The notes under the pieces were generated by a model, which saw only the letters and a list, made by a program, of their open reading frames with translations, ran no database searches and had not been told where the DNA came from. Positions 57,324 to 64,000 of a stretch of DNA of 64,000 nt are shown piece after piece. Origin of the DNA: an uncultured virus (IMG/VR IMGVR_UViG_3300021957_000006) (Duplodnaviria; Heunggongvirae; Uroviricota; Caudoviricetes); IMG/VR virus record IMGVR_UViG_3300021957_000006; one strand, written 5' to 3'. Position numbers and translations under genes: made by a program. Numbering within the stretch: position 1 is the first letter of the stretch; each line of letters starts with the position of its first letter.

Positions 57324-58292
57324 TTAAGCTGAATCTGAATCATACCAAGTATATTTAACTTCATCCATAGTATCAAACATTGCTCTATCTTGAGACATAT
57401 CAGCAACATTTGTAGATGAATCACCATCCAATGTTGGAGAGCTCGTACCAATAAGCTCGCTAATTGATCTGTAGTTCTGATTAATCTCATCGATAGAAAT
57501 ATTCTGTATCTCTTCAACAGATCCTGGAAGATCAATTCTGAGCTTACCGTAAGTACCTCTTCCATCAGAATCAACTTCACCTGTAAGATCAGTAACCATG
57601 TGTCCAAAGGTAAACAAGGCTTCCCCTTGAATAACTCTATCCACCTGAGCAGGTATAAAGTCTGGCATAATACCTAAGGTTAAAGAACTAGAAGTTTCAA
57701 TACTAACCTGACCTCCAAAGTACATACCTGCAGGGTGGACAAATAGCTTATAAGCTTCTGCCCATTCTGATGTAGGTAGATCTGCTTTTATTAATATAGC
57801 AAATACTTGATATAATTTATCATCTGTTAAATATTTTTGAGACTCAGATCCAATTTGAGATTCTGCTTCTCCTACTATAAATCTATCTTCTTTTGTATAT
57901 CTTACATCTGGAGATATTCCGAAAAACATTCTGAAGAATTGTTGTATTGAATATAAAGAGCCTTTAGACCTATAAAGATTATTTGAAAATTTTGCTGCAG
58001 CTCTTTTATTTTGAAACCCTTCAAAGTAAGATTGTCCTAGTAAAAGCTCATCTTCTAAGTAAGATAGTAAAGAGACATCATTAGCTGTTATATCTCTGGA
58101 TGTAATAATATCATGTACTAAAGTTGCAGGAGATTGATCTGAATCTTCAAATTGGTTATATGCTTGAAGTAATTTTATTAGTTTAGGATAATCAGACTTA
58201 AAGTAGTCAGGAAGCACCTGGTCTACTTTATGATGATCAGTGTACCTATAATCTCTACGAAAATTATCTTTTAACGTGTAATCTCTAGCCAT
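57324..58292 (-). CDS. Baseplate wedge initiator, compact gp7-like
   Basis: QVLPDY...YP, LYRSKGS..S...FFRMFFG, YKLFVHPAGM motifs; follows gp6. Confidence 0.75.
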   Translation of the reverse strand: MARDYTLKDNFRRDYRYTDHHKVDQVLPDYFKSDYPKLIKLLQAYNQFEDSDQSPATLVHDIITSRDITANDVSLLSYLEDELLLGQSYFEGFQNKRAAAKFSNNLYRSKGSLYSIQQFFRMFFGISPDVRYTKEDRFIVGEAESQIGSESQKYLTDDKLYQVFAILIKADLPTSEWAEAYKLFVHPAGMYFGGQVSIETSSSLTLGIMPDFIPAQVDRVIQGEALFTFGHMVTDLTGEVDSDGRGTYGKLRIDLPGSVEEIQNISIDEINQNYRSISELIGTSSPTLDGDSSTNVADMSQDRAMFDTMDEVKYTWYDSDSA

Positions 58293-58298
58293 GTTAAC

Positions 58299-60140
58299 CT
58301 ACGTTGAAGTTACAGGTACTGCAGTTGCAAATGACTGTGATAGATCAAAATCAAGAATATCTTCTCTTAATGGTGATACAGCACTTTGATTTGCTGGCAA
58401 TACACTAATTTTTATATTGTTTACTCCTCCTATAATAGCATTAGGAATAAATCCATTTATAGTAAGAGTACCTGCTGCAGAGTTAAAACTACCCGCATTA
58501 TCTACAACAACAGAGTTTCCATCTAAAGATACAATCTGTAGTTTATTAGAGCTTAGTTGATTTTTAAAGCTACATGAAATACCATTTACTGCAAATGCTG
58601 TACTTCCTACTATATAATCTACATCATCTGGTACTGCTATAGATGCAGGAAATCTGAGAACAATATTATTCTGTTGACCAAGAAGTGGAGTAATTCGTTG
58701 TTGCATTTTAACTGTAATTCTAGAAGAAAGAACAGCAGGAGAAATTTCATCGATTAGAGTTAGAAGGTTTGAACGTCTAAATGATTGTCCAAACTTTCCT
58801 AGATTATTATTAAAGTAATTCGTTACAACTGTATTAACATTGTCTGTAATAGTATTAAGAGATAGAGTAGTAAGCTTATTATTAAATTGAAAAAATGTAC
58901 CAGTTTCTATAAATGTTTTTACAGGGTCCACAAATCTTAATCTAAAAGATACTACTGATAGTTGATCAACTAACTCTTGAATGCTATTTTTAGTAGTAGT
59001 CTGAGTAGATGTAGGTACATCATCTTCAAATACTATTGACATAAACACAGCGCCAAATTCTGGCTTTAGAGCTTCTTCTCCTCCGTAAGCTTTAATATCT
59101 TTTATGAGAGTAGAAAAATTACGAAGAACTAAAGAGGAATAATCATCAGAAGTTACCATTCTATTTTGTGATGCATATTGAAAAGGAGCATTCGTTCTGA
59201 TTGATTGATCAGTCTCTTTTACATCCCCTCCTAGAGAGTTGGTTACAGTAGTTGCTATAATTGGATAATTTGTTCCTTGACCTACATTTGTACCTCCTAC
59301 GTTCACTGTAGATATGGATGAGAATGTAGTTCCTTCATTAGCATCACTACCTGTAACTGATAAGTAGTCTACTTCTATCTTGTATCCGGCTTTAGGGGTG
59401 ACTCCAAATGTATTACCATCTCCAAAAGATAACTCAAAGAATCCATTAGGAGATTCTTTAATTATATAAATTGCAGTTTGAGAGTTAATAAGAGTAGCGT
59501 TTTTAATATTTGTATATGTAGTAAAATCTACTGAAGTAGGACTCTCATATACTCTAACAATAACTGTATCAATGTCTAAATTTTTATCTGGAATAATATA
59601 AAGAGCGTCTTGAGATATAGCATCAGCAACAAAGGTTTTTGTTTTCTGTGAGCCTTCAAAGATTGTAATATTAGATGATCCGGATGCTGTTTGAAATCTA
59701 TATATACCTGATCCATCATCAACTGCACTTACTGTTTCTCTAGTTTGAAATGTAAAGCTTACATCATCTATAGAGCTGTTAAATAGTAATCCTGGTGTTA
59801 ACGATACGATAGAAGGTCTGTTAGATAAAGTAGATAAATTAATAGAAAAATTTACTACTGCTCTTGAGGCAGTCATAGATTTAGGTATATATCCAATACC
59901 TTCAGCTAACGACACGAGAGAGCTTCTCAGCTGTGCTGTCCCAAGGAATGACTCGTTCAATGCGAAGTTAGCGATAAGGCCATTGTAGTGAGTATTATAA
60001 GCTAGGACATCAAGTATATTAGAAAGACCTGAAGCTTCGAAATTATAATCAGCAAACTCATCTTGCTGAGCCAAGAACGTCTTTAAATTATTTTTTATAG
60101 ACGTAAAATCTAAGTTGGTTGACTTAATTGTTGTTGCCAT
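58299..60140 (-). CDS. gp6: Baseplate wedge subunit
   Basis: LDFTSIKNNLK, DYNFEASGLSNILDVLAYNTHYN, FGDG, QNRMVTSDDY motifs. Confidence 0.96.
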   Translation of the reverse strand: MATTIKSTNLDFTSIKNNLKTFLAQQDEFADYNFEASGLSNILDVLAYNTHYNGLIANFALNESFLGTAQLRSSLVSLAEGIGYIPKSMTASRAVVNFSINLSTLSNRPSIVSLTPGLLFNSSIDDVSFTFQTRETVSAVDDGSGIYRFQTASGSSNITIFEGSQKTKTFVADAISQDALYIIPDKNLDIDTVIVRVYESPTSVDFTTYTNIKNATLINSQTAIYIIKESPNGFFELSFGDGNTFGVTPKAGYKIEVDYLSVTGSDANEGTTFSSISTVNVGGTNVGQGTNYPIIATTVTNSLGGDVKETDQSIRTNAPFQYASQNRMVTSDDYSSLVLRNFSTLIKDIKAYGGEEALKPEFGAVFMSIVFEDDVPTSTQTTTKNSIQELVDQLSVVSFRLRFVDPVKTFIETGTFFQFNNKLTTLSLNTITDNVNTVVTNYFNNNLGKFGQSFRRSNLLTLIDEISPAVLSSRITVKMQQRITPLLGQQNNIVLRFPASIAVPDDVDYIVGSTAFAVNGISCSFKNQLSSNKLQIVSLDGNSVVVDNAGSFNSAAGTLTINGFIPNAIIGGVNNIKISVLPANQSAVSPLREDILDFDLSQSFATAVPVTST

Positions 60141-60586
60141 TATCTCAGCCTCGATAGGTTCGTAGTGAATGTTACTATTTCTTGTGTGCTAATTATTTTA
60201 AAAACTACAGATACTCTCATATCGTTTTGATCTGGAAGAACATTAACACTTATATCTTCTATGGTTACTCTCGGTTCGTAAAATTGAATAGCGTTTATAA
60301 TATTTTCTCTTACTTCTTCTTGCGTTTCCTCATCTGCTAACTCAAATAACAAACCTCTTAGATTAGCACCAAAAAAAGGTTGAAATGGCTTTTCATAAAA
60401 ATCTGTTAGTAACAAGTTTTTTACAGCTTGCTTTACTGCAGCTGCATCTCTCTTCTTGTAAACATCTCCAACTGGACGTTTATTAAAGGTAAGATCAATA
60501 TCTAAATAATCTACAGATCGAGTAGATACAAGCGAAGTCTTTTGCAGATTGCCATCTTCTGTAGATAATACTTTTCTTATAGCCAT
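60140..60586 (-). CDS. gp25: Baseplate wedge subunit / sheath initiator
   Basis: DIDLTF, AVKQAVKNLLLT..YEKPFQP.FG, YEPRV motifs. Confidence 0.95.
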   Translation of the reverse strand: MAIRKVLSTEDGNLQKTSLVSTRSVDYLDIDLTFNKRPVGDVYKKRDAAAVKQAVKNLLLTDFYEKPFQPFFGANLRGLLFELADEETQEEVRENIINAIQFYEPRVTIEDISVNVLPDQNDMRVSVVFKIISTQEIVTFTTNLSRLR

Positions 60587-60609
60587 TTTAATTCCAAATA
60601 ATTTATCTT

Positions 60610-60617
60610 TATTTATA
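60610..60617 (-). promoter_or_regulatory. T4-type late promoter TATAAATA
   Basis: Exact consensus upstream of gp25. Confidence 0.85.
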
Positions 60618-60619
60618 TG

Positions 60620-61729
60620 TTAAATTAGAGTGTTTGCTATAGCAATGTAAGACTCAGGAGTTAAAGACTTTCCATCTAACCCAAGAGTATATTCGCTGGC
60701 ATTTAAGTCAATAATTCTTACATTATGTCCAAATCTTGTACTTTGCTGAGAAAGTTCTGAAAGTATAGTAGCTCTTACTGCCTTTTGTCTATCTACATTA
60801 CCTTGAGTAGTTAGAGGAGGAAGTAAATATGTTACAACATGTCTCTTATTTGCAGCGGTTCCTACAATTTTGGCTACAGATCTTGCTATATCAAAAGGCT
60901 CATCTGTAGTAGTTACAGCATCATTGTAACCAGTAGATATTACTACGTTTGATTCCTTTTTAATTTTTCGTAAGTTTTTAAATATTTCATTATTTCTAGC
61001 AAGTCTACTATCTTGTGCATAAGACTGCCATGGTGCTCCTCCATAAGCTCTAAGTAGCCTAGCATGAAAATCACCTAATGTAAAGTAACCTTCAACTTCA
61101 TCAGGAACGTCAGCTGGAAATTCTACTTTACTTATCGGAGATTCTGTAACCTCAATCAACTGACCACTAGCTAGTAAAGTATTGTTAAACTGAGTTTCAC
61201 TAGTACCTTTAAAATTAACATCGTAGTTAATTGGTATTTCAGGTGTCTGTATAATAATTTGAGCGTTAAGAGTGTCTTCTTGATTAGTGTCATAATCTAA
61301 AATAATCTTATCAAAAAAATCAAGGTATATTTTTATATACCTAATTAATTCAAAAGTTTTATCAATATCCATTTTTTTATTTCGTCTTAACTCATACACT
61401 ATACTTCGACCTGTAGTAGCTAAGTAGTTTGGATTAGTATCATTTTCTGTTATTTTCTCTTCTGGATCAGCTTTATATAACCCTTCTACAACTACTAGTT
61501 TATGAGAAGCGAATTTTTTATTATTACTAATACTTTTTAGTATTTGAGCATGTGGTAGAAGGTTTCTAGCAATCTGTTTACGTTGCTCTTGATCTGTAAT
61601 GTGATCTAGTGTAATGTTTTTTAGAAATGTTCCTACTGATATACCATCATTTAAAGCAGTAGTTGCAGATATACTGTTAAGGTTCTCTGGTAAAAAACGT
61701 AAGTCAGGAAGATAATTTGGTCTGGACAT
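60620..61729 (-). CDS. Baseplate-associated protein, possibly degenerate peptidase M15-like plus SGNH-like domains
   Basis: Lies between gp5-like and gp25. C-terminal LGDFHA / ISTGYND / DGKSLT pattern mirrors SGNH blocks I, III and V without the Ser and His. Confidence 0.5.
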   Translation of the reverse strand: MSRPNYLPDLRFLPENLNSISATTALNDGISVGTFLKNITLDHITDQEQRKQIARNLLPHAQILKSISNNKKFASHKLVVVEGLYKADPEEKITENDTNPNYLATTGRSIVYELRRNKKMDIDKTFELIRYIKIYLDFFDKIILDYDTNQEDTLNAQIIIQTPEIPINYDVNFKGTSETQFNNTLLASGQLIEVTESPISKVEFPADVPDEVEGYFTLGDFHARLLRAYGGAPWQSYAQDSRLARNNEIFKNLRKIKKESNVVISTGYNDAVTTTDEPFDIARSVAKIVGTAANKRHVVTYLLPPLTTQGNVDRQKAVRATILSELSQQSTRFGHNVRIIDLNASEYTLGLDGKSLTPESYIAIANTLI

Positions 61730-63123
61730 TACACTTTAATCCTTTTAGCTGTGAGAGCAGAAGAAGGACTTCCTAGAGGAGTTTGACCTTGTATTACTGT
61801 AGAGGAAATATCTTCTACTGTTGATATATTAGGAGGGGTGGTATTAGCGTACTCAGGAGAAAGCTTACCCTGTGAAATCATAAGAGATATAAACTCTGAA
61901 TTATTTCTGTGAGCTGGATCTCTTAGTTTTCTTCTTACTTCTTCCGGAGATATTTCTTTATTAGAGACTCCAGCAGTCTTTACAGATAAGTTAATATTGT
62001 TTTTCATTATATCACTAGGATCTACTTTAACCTTTTTAGCTCCTTTAGTGCTTTTTGTTCTATAGTCAGCTAAGAGAGTAGATGTAGGTTTAGCAGTTGC
62101 TGTTGTATCAGTTGGTGTATTTGTAATTGAACCGCGTACACCTACACTACCTGTATATGTAGATGGAGCAGCACTACCATCTGGATAAGATTGATGTTCT
62201 GATGTAGCAGCAACATCAGCAGTACCATCCAGATCGCCGTGGAACGTTGGTGCGGTTACACCAGCTGTAAAAGTGCCAGACACTCCATAGATATTCTTTA
62301 CATAAGCAATTATATTTTCACCACCTATCGTACCTGTATCTCCAAATACAGATAAGTTATCAGCAGCTATGTTAGCTTCTGCAGAGGTAAGTACAATCTC
62401 TTGTTCTGCAGTCATAGTTAGTATACCTGATACTGCTTTTACATCATCACCTTCTACAAATAAATTATTAATACCTTTTACTACAGTAGTAAGACCTTCT
62501 AGGTATTGATTAGCGCCAGCTCCTGTAACGATGCTAGTTTGATTGCCATCTACAGTCTTTATATCATCTCCAGATATAGAAGTTTCTACTGGACCTCTTA
62601 CTACTTCTGTTTTCTTAGAAGAATTAACATTAAACTCTCCTCCAACATTAATATCTAAATTACCTGAAACATCTAAGGTTAAGTTACCTTCAAATGTCAT
62701 GGTACCATTCTTTACTTCAAGAAAGTAATCTTCATTTGCTTTATCTATTCTTCTTTTACCTGAAATAATAATACTACCATCAGGTCCTATATTAATACCG
62801 GTACCAGATTTATGGCGCAGCATTATTCTCTCATTACCTGGAGTATCATTATACTCTACTGTATGCCCTCCTGGGGTGTTAAAGGCTTGAACTTTACCAT
62901 ATTCGTTATTAGTACCTTGAATGGTATCATCCGGAACATCTGCACCATATAGATCAATCTGCTTACCACCATTATTTGTTACAGGTTCTCCTTCTCCTCC
63001 TGGTATAGGATGTATACCTCTAGGATCATTATACCCGTCTGTGATTATACCTTGAGTTTGAGTTCTACCGCTACCTAAGGTATTACTTCTTTCTAATAAA
63101 CTTTCTACATTCTTAACAGACAT
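61729..63123 (-). CDS. gp5: Baseplate hub spike, gp5-like C-terminal beta-helix part
   Basis: TPGGHTVEYNDTPGNERIMLRHKSG plus VxG 8-residue repeats. No OB-fold or lysozyme domain is evident. Confidence 0.75.
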   Translation of the reverse strand: MSVKNVESLLERSNTLGSGRTQTQGIITDGYNDPRGIHPIPGGEGEPVTNNGGKQIDLYGADVPDDTIQGTNNEYGKVQAFNTPGGHTVEYNDTPGNERIMLRHKSGTGINIGPDGSIIISGKRRIDKANEDYFLEVKNGTMTFEGNLTLDVSGNLDINVGGEFNVNSSKKTEVVRGPVETSISGDDIKTVDGNQTSIVTGAGANQYLEGLTTVVKGINNLFVEGDDVKAVSGILTMTAEQEIVLTSAEANIAADNLSVFGDTGTIGGENIIAYVKNIYGVSGTFTAGVTAPTFHGDLDGTADVAATSEHQSYPDGSAAPSTYTGSVGVRGSITNTPTDTTATAKPTSTLLADYRTKSTKGAKKVKVDPSDIMKNNINLSVKTAGVSNKEISPEEVRRKLRDPAHRNNSEFISLMISQGKLSPEYANTTPPNISTVEDISSTVIQGQTPLGSPSSALTAKRIKV

Positions 63124-64000
63124 TATATGCTCCCTTGAGCTGCAGCAATTAGTTGTTTAGTTGAGAATGATCTAGCCGCGCTTCCCTTATTAACCTTTTT
63201 AAAAGATTCTATAATTGAGGCTATAGGAACTCCAACTTCTACTTCTGATTCACCTATATCTAGCTGTGCGTCAAATATTTGACCTCCAGGCCAAACCTCG
63301 TAAAAAGTTTCAGCTATCATTCTTACTGTCTCCCCTTGCTTAACTGTAGCTGATGTATCTTTTATATGTGGTACAACTATGGCAATAGAGTAGTCTGTAT
63401 GAGTATCTGAATGATCTCCAGCTTTAAAAATGGTTCGACCTTTTTGTAAATTACCATTAGGTAACACTACATAGTGAAAAGGCATTCCATCAGATCCAGC
63501 TTCTACATAAGTTTTATGTATATCATTAGCTGTTAATACTTGATTGGCTGTCATTTCATGTCCATAAAATACTAACTCTGTAATCTCTCTAGTACATTTC
63601 AAAAACTCTACGTTTAAATACTCTTGAGTAGAAATCATTTCAAAAAAGACATCTGGAGTTTTAGCTCCTTTCCATTCATTAGCTTTACTTGTAACATCTA
63701 GTACTTCAGTAGTTGCTTCTCCTTTTAACGGACTCTCTACTTGACTTGCTATATTTTCAGGTACTTGATCTAAAGCTTTTTCTACTGTCTCTGGTGGTAA
63801 TTTGGTTGTCTTAACCACATCGTCTACAGCTTGACTCTTATCTCCAGCTAAAACTTTCTTCAATACTTCAGGAGATTGTTCTGGGGTAACTCCTAAATTC
63901 TCTATAATACTTAGTGATGTATTATCTACAGATAGAAAAACATCTTGTAATAGATTACCAGTTTTAGATCCTAGAAGGTTAGAAAATGCCGATGTAAAAG
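63123..64000 (-). CDS. Protein with C-terminal N-acetylmuramoyl-L-alanine amidase-like domain; 5' end lies outside the window
   Basis: FHYVVLPNGNLQKGR....GDH....SIAI matches the T7-lysozyme/PGRP pattern. The frame stays open from 63863 to the window end. Confidence 0.65.
   Translation of the reverse strand, partial: FTSAFSNLLGSKTGNLLQDVFLSVDNTSLSIIENLGVTPEQSPEVLKKVLAGDKSQAVDDVVKTTKLPPETVEKALDQVPENIASQVESPLKGEATTEVLDVTSKANEWKGAKTPDVFFEMISTQEYLNVEFLKCTREITELVFYGHEMTANQVLTANDIHKTYVEAGSDGMPFHYVVLPNGNLQKGRTIFKAGDHSDTHTDYSIAIVVPHIKDTSATVKQGETVRMIAETFYEVWPGGQIFDAQLDIGESEVEVGVPIASIIESFKKVNKGSAARSFSTKQLIAAAQGSI

Noticed and set aside
1077..62728. Numerous 60-120 aa ORFs nested in or antisense to the large genes
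   Set aside because: No recognisable motifs or independent expression signals. They are expected shadows of biased codon usage.
1..64000. Alternative genetic code or stop-codon reassignment explaining the Cys excess
   Set aside because: The standard code gives full-length conserved genes, all three stops are used at sensible gene ends, and the Cys codons are ordinary TGT/TGC.

Overview
This window is part of a large AT-rich T4-like myophage genome (marine-type gene content; the host cannot be determined from sequence alone). It covers most of the virion morphogenesis region, almost all on the minus strand. In transcription order (right to left) it reads: amidase-like hub protein, gp5-like, gp25, gp6, gp7-like, gp9/10-like, gp8, VrlC-like, fibres, then gp13-gp20 and a gp67-like gene. 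Exact T4 late promoters (TATAAATA) punctuate the region. Three glycan-modification islands sit between the fibre genes (12.7-16.6 kb, 25.7-27.6 kb, 35.8-45.8 kb). They encode about 7 glycosyltransferase-like proteins, a sulfotransferase, methyltransferases, a carbamoyltransferase, two SGNH proteins, a kinase-like protein, radical SAM/SPASM enzymes and a cytidylyltransferase-cupin fusion. Two unexplained signals stand out. First, an Asp-Ser-Asp / Asp-Ser-Ala motif recurs through neck, baseplate and fibre proteins but was not seen in the enzymes. Second, two giant modular beta-solenoid fibres are loaded with cysteines. Together these suggest, by inference only, a phage-encoded virion decoration (glycosylation) system with its own acceptor motifs. 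No tRNA, rRNA, CRISPR array or mobile element was recognised. All family calls come from motif recognition by eye, not database searches.
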